Positions 18,531 to 33,984 are shown, counted from the stretch's first letter. The stretch: DNA of 64,000 nucleotides from Yuukianura sp. NJ FZ-2021 (GCA_046563655.1 CM102285.1:7750001-7814000); one strand, 5' to 3'. Numbers and translations: made by a program. The notes: a model not told the origin generated them from the sequence alone.

Positions 18531-21456
18531 TTACAACGAACTTACAATCCAAATCACAGTTATTCGACGCTTTACTAAACCCTCTACTTTCTATGTGTTC
18601 AAATATTCGCTTTGTTCCATTTCGTTCGATTTCACAGTGTGTTCAAAATAGTTATTGGCCAATACGAAAACTGCAATTCTACCAACACAATTGTAAAAAA
18701 ACGGACATGGACTTACCAAAGAAAAAACTACAAAAGATGTTTGAATTCTTTAAGACTTTTTTTAGTTCAACCGTTTGCAAGAAAAATCTACAAAATTCAT
18801 TTCGAACGTGTGGGCCTTTTACTATTGATTCATTTTAAGGCTTCAAAAAATGTTAGAAAAATTAGTCAACAGCTCAGCTTAAAACCACTTCACACCCAAG
18901 TTGAATATCAGTAGCAAGGAAAAACTACCAAAATTTCTGTTCTTTTGTTTTGATGCAGCCAAATCTAGAGCATGGTCTACTACAGGTTAAATATTTATCG
19001 TAAGGATATCGTAAAAGAGTATATTGGAGAATTTGTTTACTACTTTTAGCGTAATTTTTTAGAATCCATTTTCCAAGTTTTGTCTACTTATACCTACTGA
19101 TCCAGGTAGATACAAATGGTGCGTTTTTATCCATTTCTTCCACTTTTAAACATTGCCTTTAATGTCATTTGCTCATTTGGACTCTAGAGAATCCGGTTCC
19201 GCGGTGTCGGTTAGTTCTGGAGAAAACGACCAATTTGTCAGAAAGAACAAGCCCGTTTCGATTCACTGGGAACCTGGAGAGCAGTCGCTATGCAACTTTA
19301 AGCTCAACTTAGGCAAGCTACAAATACCTTTGGAGAACAATGAATTTGTGTGTTAGCAAGTACTGTGTCGTGGTACTAATTGAGTCGTTTCTCTTCTGTT
19401 GACTAGAACTAACCGTCCCCGGTGAGGCAGAGGCGAGAAAGCTCAGGTGAAAGCATTAGGACTACTTGGGGAATTCTAAATTCAATTTCACTTTCCCATT
19501 TTTCACAAACCAGAAACATTAACGACTCCTGCCTTGCCTGATTTCCTGACTCTGCTCCGTTGACCTCTGACCTGTGCCTAATCCTCCCAGAACTTTTTTT
19601 TAATAATTTGTTCCACAAGCTCACGTTAAAGTAAGGAATCAATTCCTTTCTAGACCACAAATATTTTCTTCACCCAGGAGCACTATACTCGCTTTGTAGT
19701 TTTTTTTTTGAAGGTCCTTTAAAGTGGACCGAATCTAAACATTTCTCTGCAGTTAAACATTACGCTTAATAAAACTGTGCAATCTTTTTACTGTTTTAAT
19801 GTTCAATTTTGTTCCATTCGTTGGATTTAAACCTTTTTTGGATTTGTAGATTTCAAACGAAAAAGTGGCTTTGTTTTTGAGAAAGGAAATTATTCCACAA
19901 GCACGACCACTTCTGCCTATTTTTCTATTTCGTTGGTTGTGTCAAGTAACATGTGGATTTTTGTGAAAAATCCGATTCACAGTGAAATGGTGTAAAAGAG
20001 ACAAAGACAAAGAAGATGCCAGATCGTATTTGCCAGTTCAAGTAGTTTCTCCTTCAACGAGAAGATTTATGTCCCTCTGTCCTCCTGTACTGAGATATGT
20101 ACTTTGGTCTCTGGAACTTCTTCAAGGAACCATATGAGGAGACTTCTGGTAGTTCTGGACAAAGGAAGTGTGATAGAACGTTCACAAAGCGAAAGTAGCT
20201 CAAAGACCAGTTTCACTCTCACTTCTCCTAGAAAAACACGATAAGGATATCCGTCTATGAAATTTCTTACCAGGAAAGTTCAAATTCCAAATCCAATTCC
20301 ATCCATTGAGAAAGTAAATCCACTACCTAAATCCTAACCTAACCCTTTTCCCCAGTCTATCTTTTCCAAATCTCATTCTTCTTTTTGTGCTCTTCAGACG
20401 AAATGTGACACCCTTCACTTTGGGCACTAAGTGCCCATCTCAAGGGGTCGTGTCTTTTTTAGGACTTGTACATAGGGAGAATAGACGGGAAACATATGCG
20501 TTTTTTTTGGCACATCCCAGCCCTTCAAGTTTCTCATTCTTTGAACGTTTTCTCCTTTTTTGGAAATAATTGGTTCCTTATCCGTACGAAGTTGACTAAA
20601 AGTTTTGCGCGATGTTTATGCTTCGAACAAAAGCTGTGAAGTTTTAGGGTGAAAAATTTTTATGTCTATTTTTCGTGCGAATGATACGAGCTTTTTGATC
20701 TGTGACCTGTTTGACTGTTTGATCTTTTTGACCTACTTATTTAATGAAGGGTACAAAACTTTCGCTTTTGCCAATTCTTGAACACAATTTATTTTTGAAA
20801 AAAAAAAAGATGAAAAGATCATCGAATTCTATGCTTGTACGAAAATAGCGTTTGTGTAAGAAAACTGGTTTTATTTGTAAAGCCTCAACTGTCTTATACA
20901 CTGTATTCTCAATACCCACTTCTAGAATTACAAGCGTTTTGTTTCTGGATGACTCCTTAAGATACCTTCTCCATTCCTTCAATTCGAACATTCTTTATCA
21001 TATGGACTTTGCTTTTATGTTAACTTGAAAACATGAATTCTTTGGAAGTGAATATGAAAGGGAGTTGTTAATAACTATTAAGTAAAATCACCGCAAGTTA
21101 TAACAATACTATAGAAGATACTCCAGGGATAATGATCATTTTAACTTAAACGAGACAACCTTGAAGAAACATTTGCCATTTGCTTTAGTAAATGAATCAC
21201 ACCAACTACTGTTTCGCGAACTGCTATATACAAATTAAACTGACGCGAGTTAAAATATATTTGGTACTATGCGAGCACTACTGAGTGAGTCCATTTTAGT
21301 TTTGATACATAGGTTCAGGGGTAACCGAAATTACTAAAACAAGCGCTTCAAAAAATGGAGTAGAATTGGTTTATGATTTTTGATGGGAGGCAGCCGTGGG
21401 GACTGTGTAAAGTTAGGTGAGCGTTTGGGTCGTTAGTGTTCACACGCAGAAATATA

Positions 21457-21573
21457 CAGGGTGGGCCTTTAATCTCCTTACCCTCTTTCTTTTCCTCTCA
21501 CTATTGTCATAAGAAACTCATGTGAGAGTTTCTCTTTCTTTCACTTGGGTAAGGAGATTAAAGGCCTACCCTG
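21457..21573. mobile_element. 117-bp Tc1/mariner-type MITE
   Basis: TA|CAGGGTGGGCCTTTAATCTCCTTACCC ... GGGTAAGGAGATTAAAGGCCTACCCTG|TA. Confidence 0.85.
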
Positions 21574-24500
21574 TATATTGCTCTTTTGTGAAACATGAAT
21601 AGCTACAAAGCGAAAAGTTACACATAGGTAGAAATGAATACTGAACATTGCCCTTGTCACGTAGTTCTGTCACCCACTTTCACGTCTCCCTCTCTGTGTT
21701 TCAATTTCCTTTAAGTTTCCAAAGTTAGGTCAATAACTTTCTCCACGAAAATCCCTAACTCAATTTCCAACCACAAGAGGTGGAACCCCATCCTTAGGTT
21801 ATGTGTACTTCAGTCAGAATTTCAGTTTGGGTAACTCAAAACCACCGTGACCTAAATTTTACAACATGAGCACAGTTGACGTGACCTCTCCCTGAAATGT
21901 TTTTCCGTTTTCACAGTTCTCCTTCACTCAAGCCTACATCGTGTTCTTGTGTTGTTTTACTTCAAGATGAAAGCACACTATCAATTCCCACTTGCTTTCA
22001 TTCAACTAAAGCTAAAGGTTTATAAACAACTCTAGTCGCTTCAAATTTTGCAGAGAAATTAAGTTATGTCATGTTAGGTTATGTACTACAGATGAGCTGT
22101 TCTCGGTTATGCTTGACTGTTAGGATGAAAATAGTAAACTGTTTTCGCTTAGCTGTTCGGGGTTGTTAGCAGTAAAATTATACTGGATACTCAATTGTTG
22201 GAAGGCCTAATTTGGAATAATGTGGTTATCAACTCAAACTTTTCTCTGGGCTTTTCAAACTTCAAGAAAGCCGCTTCTAATCTTGAAGCCTTTGGAAATT
22301 TTGGAAATTTGCAATGTTAGAAATCCTAGCTCAATTTTTTGCTTTAGAAAAACGTTGGAGTTCTAATCCACAACTACTGCAGAGGACTAGAAACTAATTA
22401 ATTAAAAAAGATACAAAGGAAGGCTCTAAGCGTCTAGCATCTAAGAACTTTTTTCAAAGGAAAAGACCGGCAACAGATTGGTCGCCAAAGAAGGGTTCAA
22501 ATAGGCGAAACTAAGACAAGCGAAGAAGAGAAACTGAAGTGGGGCAAATTAATTCCCCTTCGAGACAGAGACACTCTAAATGGACGCTTCCGTTTTCTGA
22601 AAAGAGATTAAACATAGAATGGTTTTTTCAAACGAGGTTTTGAAAAACCGCCTTACCGTGCCGAAATTGGTTCCGAACTGACGTCAGAGGAGCAAACGTG
22701 AACCGGCAAACACTTGTCGAAATGACTGAGCGAAATGGCATTGAATTTTCAGGAAAATTTCCAAGACTGGTTTTTTGAGAAAACATTTGGAAAAAAGTGA
22801 AAGTATTATTTGCATAGAAGAAAGTAAGATGTCAGGAGATTGGTAAGAGGTTGGCGTTAATCAAACACTTATCCTGTCTGCGCTTGTCAAATTCATCTTG
22901 AGGATGCTCCTCTGCCTAACGTTAAGTTGTGCATGGCATTGTCTCATTTTCAATATTTGAGTAAGGTGAATCCTGGAACTTCCTGGAGGGGCTAAGGGTT
23001 GTGCCTGTTCCTGCAGGGCCTCATAACTCCATTGTTTGACATTCATTAGAGAGACTGACAGGAGTCATTAAAGTTAGGAATTGCTGGGCAAACACCAGGA
23101 TTCAGAGGCTGGAAGAAAGGGCTTAAAGAGAGGCAGAGGCTGGGGTGTACCGGAGGCCATGAGATTAAAGGCACGCGCGAGACAAAATCATCTTTGAGTT
23201 TCTGATTTCATAATTACAAATTCCAGGAAGTTTGAAGTAAACCACTCTGAAGACTCTTCAAACCCACTGATCTTTTCATTACCATTAAGTAAATGATAGC
23301 GCATCAGAAAATACACACACAAAAAACGCAGCAATGTTTTTTTATGGTGAAAGCAAATGCTTGAAAGGATTACAAAGTTACTTTGGTCAACTAAAAATCA
23401 AATCAAATCTACTTTTTGGAATTGTCACATTTATCATCGGCTTTTGCTTAATATAAAAATTGAGTTTGTAATCGCTCTCTTTTCCTGTATTCCTTTAAAG
23501 TTTTGGAATTTTGACAGAAATTTCATTGTAAGGAAAGTGGCAAGTTAGTAGTTACAAGACGCATCAATTCTTTTTAATGATTTATAACTCCCAATTTACC
23601 TGTTTGCTCTTTGGGAAAAGAATTTGAAAAAAAAAAAACAAGAATTTTGTTGAAAGAAGAACAAATTTTTTTGAAAAAATTTTTGAAAAAATGTGCCGAA
23701 CGGGTTGGTGCAACCAGTTTAATAGTGTTGGCATAGGCCAACAATAAACGTCTTGCCAAAATAGAGGTATTTTATGTACTAATTAGGTTTAATTTTAATT
23801 AATAATTTTTAACTAATTTCAAAAGTTAAGTCGGATCAGAGACCAGACTTACAAAAAAGTGAGCCGAGATTCACCTCATAGTGAGATGAGTTCGGCTTTT
23901 TTCATTGCGAATACCAACCCTAACTCAAACTTATTTCACGAAAATAAAATTGAGTCGTACTCAACAAAGACTCATCTCAAAAACAAAAGTTCATTGGGAA
24001 TATCAAAAACGAGAGACGACACTCATCTCACGCAAAATCTGAGATGAGACGGCATTAAGAATACTGCAGTTTGAGAGTCAGGGGTGAGTGACCTCTTGGT
24101 TTTGAAGAGGAATCGGGGATCCAGAATTTGATTCCCAGGGGACTGATTTACATTACACATTTCTCCGAGTCGTTAGGCATGGAGACAGAGCTGGGATGAC
24201 GATCAGTAGCTCAACCCGCTTCTTCGGACCTCCATTGGGGTCCTTCGTCGCAAAATCTTACGCATCTCTGAGTCATCCTCATTCCGTACATTACTTTCTC
24301 CAACAATTTTCTAGGTTGAAGCAGGAAAGAATCGGCGACTTGTAACGTTGACTAATCGAAACGTCCGAAGGTTCGCGTATAACAGCCGGATAACAATGAC
24401 GTCATAGCCGTGGAGTGGGTATTTTTTGATGGTGGTAAATTTAGCTGATGCGAAACTAGGTTTGGGTCCTGCGAGCATACGACAATCAACTGTGTTACTA

Positions 24501-27500
24501 TACATGGCTGCAACGGGTGGATTGGTTACAAATTCCTAGAATTTCATTACTCCAACCCTACTTTCTCCTCAGACCCAGACTTTCTTATCTTGCTGAATAT
24601 AAAAACGGGCTTGGAGGAACAAAATCCCTCACTTTGCTTAATGCGCTTCACCGCTTCACATGATCTTAATTTACAACATATCCAGAGTCACGCGTAGCGT
24701 TCGAAAGTGGATCTGAAAAAGATGGAGCAGGATATGAAGCTTTCACTTTCAATATTTCGTTACTGATAAACCATTTTCTGAAGTTCCATTTTTATGCAGT
24801 TTTGAGACAGAAGGGAATCTTCTAAAGAATAAGTGCAGCTCAATTTTTATTCCAACGGGTTTTCGTATTGACTATTCCGTGGAATAGCCGAATTTAGACC
24901 AATTTGCCTCTCACTACTCAAAATTTTATTGGCTCATATTTTGTCATGAAACTTTAGGTCAGAACAATCGGTATTCCAAAAGCTCGATTCTTAAAAAAAC
25001 TAAAACTTTCCTAATTTAATATCACGCAGACTGAATTCAGTGTACCGAATAACTCTCCAAACACAAAATCAAGATATTTCACACATACCAAAATGTAATT
25101 TTACAAATGTGAATTTGTGATTTCCAATGTGAAGCAAAGTGATAGTGATTTATTCTCTCTAACTTACCCAAAATAGCGTGTTCAGGTTTAACCGTTGAAA
25201 TTTACTATAGTGTTTAAGGCCTCCTCCAGTGTAAATTAATACCAACGTAGTCTCGTTAGGCTAATTTTCAATCTTATTTAACCTAACCAATTGTAGTCTT
25301 TGTAATCCCAAAATTAAAGGTTCACAAGGGAGAGAAAGAAGCATTATGATTAATCATTTAAAGAGAGTCCTTTGTTTCTCGGTTTCCATTTTTCCCTTGG
25401 CTCATTCCTCTCATTTTTTCGCTACACAAAAGCACTCTGTGGAGCTCCTAAGGAGACGAAAAAAGAGAAAGTGCTTGACTTGGCACAATGAAAGTATCAA
25501 GCATAATTAGAGATTTCCGTCTGGAATCTCAATGGACCGCCATTATATTTCATCAGGTAAACGCCTTTGTGAATTATTCACAGCATTAATTTGTACTAAA
25601 TTTCAACCCATCATAACCAACAAAGTATAGAAGATGCTTGGAAAACTTTAGATTTTGGAAGACCATTTCGACAGATTTAGGCGTGCGATGGTCTCGAAGT
25701 TGTGGTTGTGATGCTCTAGATTGTTTGGGTTCGAAGCAGCGTAACCGCTAACGTTATGTTGCCGAAATAGTTGCATTGCGCAAGTTGGCTTATACTCAGC
25801 ACCTTTAAACTTCGAAATTGAGAACCTGTAATGGCTCAGCGAAAGTTTCCTTGTTTGGCATTCGCCGAGTAGATTCAATTGTTACGATTTCTTTCCGTAC
25901 AGCTCGACCAGATTTCCATCTGATTTGAACTTCTTTTTCCTCAGAAATTTTTTCTTTAAAAATTTAAAAGTAAAAGGAGTATAGAATTTGGAGAACAGAA
26001 GTTTCTCTTTTTCTTAGAAAACTTTTTCTCACTTTTCCTCTACCTTCCTTGTCAAGCACAATTTATCTAACTTCACATCTTCTACACAATGCCTCGCTTA
26101 CTTACACTTTGATTTGTGCTTATTGCGCAACTCCGCGTTGTTTTCTTAATACAGTCTGTTTGTTGTTCAAAAAACAAGCTAAAAGAAAACAGAGTTACGT
26201 GTTTTATTAGAGAAGTAGGGAAAGTAGGTTTCCATTGCTTTGTAAAATGTAAAGAATGGGGCGCCGGAAGTGATCTAAAGATCGTGCCGGTAGAAGCCTT
26301 GGAACTTTGACATGTTCGTGTACTTCTAAATTAGACTTTCAATAAGTCATGGCTGAAAGCCTTTCCCTTTTCCGGGAATCGGCGATGGAAGTAGTGAAAG
26401 CAGCGGAGAAGGCAGTGAAAGCAAAAGGAGGAAATAAAATTCCCGCCTGTCAAGAATTAGCAGTAAATTGAGAAGCTTTGGAACCGAAGACACTCATTAG
26501 ACTTTCCTTGGCAGTGGAAATGCTTTCACTTCCTCGTTCCCTTTTTGTCTTATTTTTTCATTGTTTAGATGGGCAATTCTGTAGTATTTTCTATTTGGGC
26601 TAACAGGCACATCTACTAACAATTTGAACTTTGTGGAAAGTAGAAGGAAAACAACAGACAATTCTAGTTCTCATTTGAAGTCGGAGTTTTTTCGTTTTTC
26701 TGAGAAAGAAAAAGCGGAGTGTTACTTGCGTGCGACTTTTCAAACTAAATTCGCAACAGCAGAAAGCAATCAATCTCCATACTACCTTTGGAATTCTGTA
26801 GTTGTAACGCCCACTTTCTTCTTGTAGTTCAGGTTGTAAAAGTAATAATCCTAAAACTAGCGACTAACCTACTAAGATTTCTTGCAAATTGTTAAAGAAA
26901 CAGAATGCTTTTTAGGTCGATACTGGAAATTGAAAAAGCAAAACATAACGCACTAGAACAATAAACTTTTTCTCAACCGGAAGGAAGAAAATACATTTAC
27001 AACGTTTCGGGTTAAAACTTTTTCTGAATTAAGGAGGTATAAATATTTGCTTCTTCACGTTTGAGCTGTTCAATGTATTAGACAAAACGAAAGAAGAAAG
27101 TTCGAACTGGAACATAATCTATTACTTTACTAATTTTCGAAATCCTTTTCTTTTTCGATAATGCCGTTTGATGAACGGTTTTTGTCGTTGATCAGGTTGA
27201 GCTCAAGAGTCATCAAAGGAACCACATGAAGAGGAATCATAGCAAATACTTTGGGTTGTGGCTTAAAACCAGATTGAGTGAATTTCAGACAAGTTGCGTA
27301 GTCTTTTCCGCCAAAAATTTTAATCATAGCTGGAATTACTGCATATAGAATACATATAAAATAGGAATTAGCAGTTCAATTATTCAACGTCGGATGACAT
27401 AATTTGCTTGGATGTGGGTTGAAATCATTTTCCAGAAAAGGCTGGATTAGTACCATTCTTCCAGATCACTTTGGTCACACTGTTCCTCTTATTGCTCTAC

Positions 27501-28371
27501 ATGTGCCACAGTGAAATGCTGGTAATTATAATATAAATGTTATAAACATATTATATATAGCTGAATTATTATATATTGAATATATTAGGGTCATTTAAAG
27601 GTTTGCACATTTTGTTTAGTTCAATTTAATAATTTAAATTTGAAATTTGACTTGTCATTTTCACATAAAAGTGTCCACTTGAAGTAGTGTTTGCAAATGG
27701 GCGAGTAGAAGACTTGTGAATTCTAAAGATACCTATACTGATAGAAAGAGCGAAAAGCAATTAACGCCTGGTTTTTTTGAGTTGAGGTTTCAATGGTCCG
27801 AGATGTTTATGTTTTTAACTCATTAAATTAGAAAATTGTTTCTTGAGTTCGTAGAAGAACATTTGGCGAAAACACATGAGTCAGAACCCAATGTAATTGA
27901 ATTTTACGACCCCACGCTATGGTCCCGAGCAATTTGCAATGTCAAGAAATTGCAAGTTCCAAAGAACTCATTTTCCTCTCAAATTGACAGCTTCACGAAA
28001 ATCAATATTTGCCAACTTACACAAAAACAAATTCACAGAAAGTCCATAAACTGTTTCAATTGCTTTAAAATAACAAAGTCCGCTTTATTGGCTTCTCCAG
28101 AAGCTTATTTTGTTTGTCCAGATCATTCGAGTGACCATAATCACACGAAGGTGCTAGAAACAGATTTCAACAGAATTTTGTTGCGTCATTTCTAAAATTT
28201 ACCTTGACCACTACCATTTGTAAGCTGAAAAATATATAAAAAGCGGCTCATTTGTTACGAACTCTTCACACAACAAAACGATTGCTTGACTCCAAGAACC
28301 ACATTACCGAATCACCCAATTTTCATAATTCTCTGAGGGAACGAATTTTAAACGTTGAGATATCCGCTAGC

Positions 28372-29064
28372 ATGGAGTGCTTTACGACGGTTCTGGCTTT
28401 GGTTTTTGCGGTTGCTGCGACAGTAGCGAATCCATTGGCGACCTACTCGACCTCTCATACAGACGATAATTCGCGGACATCAATCGTGGAGGGCAAATTG
28501 TCTATCTTGGCGCAGGCGCTAAAATATGGAGACTCATGTGACCAATCCGTTGAGGACTACCGCAACAACCTCACGCGCGTCATGATGGACTACCCGACAA
28601 CTTCATTAGCGACAATGCTTGACGAATCAACGGCTTTTGCAATCAAAATGACAGCAAATAACGATCCGATGTGTAATGCCAAGAGGCAGCTTATTTGCGG
28701 ACCAAGCTCAACGTGTGTCTGCGGTGATCCGGGAATGCGATCCTTGCGATTACGTCAACCGCTGCAGTACAAACGCGACGGATCCCATTGCGTGCGTCCC
28801 AAAAATACTGCATGCCTGCCAAATGACAACGACGGAATCGAAAACTGTGAAGCTGGTAGCATGTGTCGCGTGAAAGCTGACGGAAGAACATGTACTACTC
28901 AAGTATGGAAGTCCTTCGGAGTAAGTCGTGTCTTAAACGGAAAGAAGATTGGCGGAGCGATGAAGGAATTTCTAGACAACAAGGTTTGCACATGTGTTCC
29001 GCACGACGAAATCCGCAACAGGCATCAAAATACTGATGACTTCGCTGTTGGGATGGGACGATAA
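28372..29064 (+). CDS. Intronless secreted cysteine-rich protein (230 aa), unknown family
   Basis: Signal-peptide-like MECFTTVLALVFAVAATVA; a dozen Cys in the mature region; TATATAAAA at ~28233; GC-richer than its flanks. Confidence 0.8.
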   Translation: MECFTTVLALVFAVAATVANPLATYSTSHTDDNSRTSIVEGKLSILAQALKYGDSCDQSVEDYRNNLTRVMMDYPTTSLATMLDESTAFAIKMTANNDPMCNAKRQLICGPSSTCVCGDPGMRSLRLRQPLQYKRDGSHCVRPKNTACLPNDNDGIENCEAGSMCRVKADGRTCTTQVWKSFGVSRVLNGKKIGGAMKEFLDNKVCTCVPHDEIRNRHQNTDDFAVGMGR

Positions 29065-29750
29065 AAGACTTTCAAGGTTCGCAGGATACCAACTTTCATG
29101 ATATCAGGGAGCAGAGTATGATGGATTCTCGGGGCAGCGAACTTACACAGGGTCTGGCTGACTACAATCAACCCGCGCAAAATCACTTTGATGAACCCAC
29201 GCCAAGAAGCACTCAAACGTTCCGTGGAAATATTCTAGATGGGCAAGGCTCTGGCGACGCTAGCCGAGAAACTTTCTAAACGAATGAGCGAGAATTTCGG
29301 GAAAATGTCACCGTCTGAGTTTTTACGTTTAAATTCTTATTATAACAATTAGATATAAAATCCTTTTTCTGCACAGATTTATTAGCACTCATGACATGTT
29401 TACAAAATAGAGTAGTGCTGTAAGTGCTTGTAAACTGCAAGTTTCGAACTGCATTCTTATGACGTTGGCAGATTCCATTTAGTAAAGTGAGTACATTGTG
29501 TTTAGAATGGTGGCTTTTCAATGACTCATTTAGTTTTACGGCGAAAAATTGGAAATAAATAAAAAAAAAAGGTGTTGTGTTCAACCTGCATCGAGTATTT
29601 CAAAAATTACTTGTGCAGAGGGTAGTTTATACCAGAAAAGCATATCTTGCAAACATCATGAAAATTGTTCTTTGGTAAAAATTTAGAATTTTTTCAACTT
29701 AGCAATGGAAAAACCTGTTGGTTTTAATACTCAGAGCTTTTCAGAGGCGA

Positions 29751-29752
<2 letters not shown>

Positions 29753-29804
<52 letters not shown>
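29753..29804. repeat. (AT)n microsatellite
   Basis: Pure AT dinucleotide run. Confidence 0.98.
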
Positions 29805-29806
<2 letters not shown>

Positions 29807-32800
29807 AGACGTCAAGACGCAGTCATCAATCACTCTCACAGTTAATCAGACTTTTTACAAAACGCAGTCGTTCTAATAATCTGCAGGACAAAATTCATCA
29901 AAATAGAAAAGGTGTAATTTGTGTATTCTCCTTGCAAAGAAGTGAATGAAAGTCAAACCCGTTTGGCCAACAATTATTTCCACACCCCGAGGCACTTAAC
30001 TTTTCTTGCTTTCTCCGCGTGTGTAAATTACTTTTGCTTCTAAACTAATTTTATTTTTACAGTTCAACACCAATAAATTATCAAGTAGAGGCGTGACTCC
30101 TGTTCCGCTCCTATATTGTGTATTTCATCTCGTGCCAATCGGGACTTTGGTTGTTAATTTTTCATTATGGGTTGATCTCATTCATGGATGGAAGCACAAA
30201 CAGAACGCTGTTTTGTTGAGGCGTGAATTTTAGTAATTTGTCAAGAAATAATTTCACTTTAACCACTTAGCATCAATAGCAGAAATTAGAATTCGATCGT
30301 TAATCAACACTTACTTCATATCATTTTCTGCAAATCAGTTAGGACGTTAAAAAATCAAAGGGTGTTTTCGAATACCCAAGGAAAAAAGTGTCGTTGGAAG
30401 TTTGTCAGGTTCTAAGTAGCTAATATAAACGAGAACAAAAGGAAAGTGAAAACTGTTAGAAAAAGTAAGTATCATGTATTCTGTGTAAAAGCAATCGATA
30501 AATTCAATTTCCACTGAAAGGGTCGAATTTCAAAAAAGAAAAATTGACATTTTTTAGTCTAGATTAATTGAACGTTGCTTTTATGTATACCTGGTTAAAA
30601 TTAAAAAACGAGGTTTAAAATATGGTGTTATTTTGGAGGATAAAAGGAAAACATTCAAAACCCGATTTTTCGAAAACTGCAGAAAGGTTGGAAATGTTTG
30701 AGAAGAAGAAACTCTATTTTTAATGACACTCAATGGCGTTGAGACTGTTGAAAGCGATTCTTAGAAGGATTTTTTTGGATTTGAGTGGAAGTGGGGCCAG
30801 TGACGACAAAGAAAGTGGAAAGTGAAATGTTTTTTATTAGACAGGAACAGAAGCCTTTTTGTCCTCCATGACAGGAAACGAAATCATCTTCAAATTCAAT
30901 AGCTTACTCCATTAAAACATCACTGATACTTCAGCTATCATTTACAATTTAAGTTGAAATTACATTATACTATTATATCAACTGCGACAATCCAAATTAT
31001 AGGAGAAAAAAGGTCAAAGGCTGTCATTCAAATCAGTGTTTCACAAAATCCGAAATTCCAGAATCAAAATGCAATCGGCTGGCAAAGGCTGTTTTCAGTT
31101 GCGCTTCAATACAATACTTTAACGGCCTTTGCATCTAAACTTCATTTCCCATCTTCCTAATTTTTCACTGCTTACCGCGCATGGTTATGAAAGCTTGGTT
31201 ATGATCGGATGAAAGCTTTTAGCGAATATGGAAGCAATCCTTGTTCCACTTCGCTGAGCTTAGTCGCACTACAATCTAAGTTCGCTCTGAGTAGTACCCA
31301 GATATTGCAGCACAGATTTTTTAAATATTCTTCGTTAATTTGCCAAACCTAGATATCTTGTTAAGTTTGCGCTACCAAATAATACGAAAAAATTACGGAA
31401 GATTGCCACCAATCTTTATTGGCACTCAAAACTATTTGAATCCGTCCGGGTCTACTATGTTGCAGCAAAGAATCGCCCAGAACAAACTAGAAATAAATAT
31501 AAGGTTAAGGTTACTAAAATTATTGAAATGAGCAAAAGAAAACGAAACTTTTCTTATTGAAAAAAAATCTCAACATTAAAACGAAGGTGTTAATATTTCT
31601 TCCGTGAAGGCGACAGACTAAAAGAATCCGCAATCGGTACCTAGCAATTAATTAGTACTTATTATATTTATTATGAGAAATCCACTCATAAACCACTTAA
31701 ATTTGTAATATCACGAAGTTCACGGCATCACGAGCAAAATTTATATGCTTCTATTTTAACTTAAATTACTGAAACTTAATTGCAACTTATGTTAAAGAGA
31801 CTTGCTTTCTCTCGCTTGTTTTATTATTTCACGTGTTTGTGTTAATTATAAATAGTTTTTATTACTTATTCGTTTTATTTTAAATTAGAAGCGGACAAAA
31901 GCCGCTTCTTCTTTGACGCCAATTAGTTTCGCACTTGAGTTTCTTTTTCGTTTCATTTCAGTTGAAAGTCTCATTCTTCGTCGACTAAATTTTCTTTCCT
32001 TGTCCCAATCTTATTAAGATTAGAACATATATGTGTCTTTCTTCTAGTTTGGAGGAATGAAGCTGAATTGTGCTTTTGTTAGGTTAGGTTGAAAAAGGAA
32101 ATATAACCAAAAAAGAATTGAGGGCGCCTCGTCTCATTCAAGCTCAGAGATGGAAGTAGGATTTAGTTGAGGATTTAATACCCTCTGACCTTGCAGTTAG
32201 CACAATCTATTTCGTCGTACGCAGTCGTTTTTCAGTGAAAGAACTGGATTTGCAGCTATATCGTTTTTATTTTAGAAAGAAACTAATTCTTTTTCCTCAG
32301 TGTTGAGTAAATTCGGAAGAGTTACTTTAGAATCACGGGGCACGGGGCTTAAGATTAAATTAGTTTTCAGAAAAAGATTAGGTTTGGGTTTTAGATATAT
32401 AACTGGATTTTAAGCATTCGGCTTGAAAACTCTAGTTAAAACAAGTCGTAAATCTTCTTTTGGACAAACTATGGGAAGTTTGCTGTAACAACAGCGGTAG
32501 ATTTAAAAAAATTGTAACGACCGGTAAAATGACTACTAGTCGTAAGGGCAACAATAATGGCCACCATCGTGTCCACAACGTCTTGAGCAAACGTTTGGGA
32601 GACAGGGGAGGGGAGGGATGGTTCAGATTCCCGTCACTATGGCCCTAAATAAATTGTAATAGCCCATTCCAATGTTGTGTAACTTGCCTAGGATGCAGCA
32701 GGATGAAATTAAGTTAACCTTTGATGACCCCTGGATATCAGTGTGCTGTATTATTACTAGAGCTGCAAAACATATAATTCTAAATATAAAATATTTTAAT

Positions 32801-33984
32801 ATTTAAAAAATATTCGGGGAAAAAAGAACGTTAGAAATATTTACGAAAATTTTAAATATTTACCTACATTATTTGGCGATTTCTGAAAATATCGAGTAAT
32901 TAGCATGATTTTTTTCCAATTTTTGAAAGCAGCTTGAAAATTATGCGGCTAATTTTGGTATCTTGGCAAAAAGTTTCACTCCGAAAAACAGTGACGTTTT
33001 TCCTTTGTGTGAATCTTCTTTTTTATAGGTTTTTCTCATAAGAGAGTCAAGAGAGAGTATGACCTTACACTCTGTCTTCCGATGTAATTGAGTAAATAGC
33101 TAAATTCTTGAAAATTTCGGACCTTACTTAACGCAAATTAAACTTTTTTGCAATAAATGATGCACATTTTAGTAAATATTTAGATACATATTTTCGGGTT
33201 TTGATAGTAAATAAATATTTCACCGGTTTTTAGCACATATTTTTAGCAGCTCTATACAATGAAAAACGCGACAGTAAAATCTTTTAATGAATTTTGGATC
33301 TGCTCCTAAAGCTTCAGACGTTTGCCAAAATAAAATATAATATAAAAATAAAATTTTGCACGAAAAAGCGAACCACATATTGCACAACGCAGCAAATAGA
33401 CTTCTAACAAAATATATCGGGTGTACCATAAGTCCGTTGGATGCTTCTTCTCCATGTGTAACTCCATGTCATCTCCTATCTCTCGCTGTGGAGTTTTTGT
33501 AGCTTATGAGTTTTATGTAGAGAAAGATCCAACGGACTTATGGTACACCCGATATATGTATTTACCTCATAAGGTAAGCCTTATCCGTACTTTATACGCT
33601 TAAACTCGAATACTTTTTGGTTCGAAATTCCAATTGTGGAGTAAACAACAAAAAAGTTGCTTCATGTTCAATTTTTCTTTCTGTAAGGTTTGTTGATTTT
33701 TATTCGCTGAATTTTTGAATTTTTGCGTGACGTCATGACAAAAACAGTCTGCGCCCCATTACAGCAAATTGGTTGTGAGAGGTTATGTTACCCAGAATTT
33801 GAAACAAAAGTACTCGAACTCGTCAACTTCTTTTGTTTTCTGTATTGCTTTTTCACTGCAAATGTTTTAACGCTGCTTACATTAATTTTTTAAACTTTTG
33901 CTATGAAGTGTACGGAAAACAATGAATTATAATCAAAATATATTGGGAGTACCAATCTCATCATCAAAGTTGTTTAAATTAGCG

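Noticed and set aside
22860..27520. Exon-like GC-richer patches (22860-23170, 24150-24540, 25650-25930, 27130-27520)
   Set aside because: Could not join them into a consistent reading frame or recognise a product.
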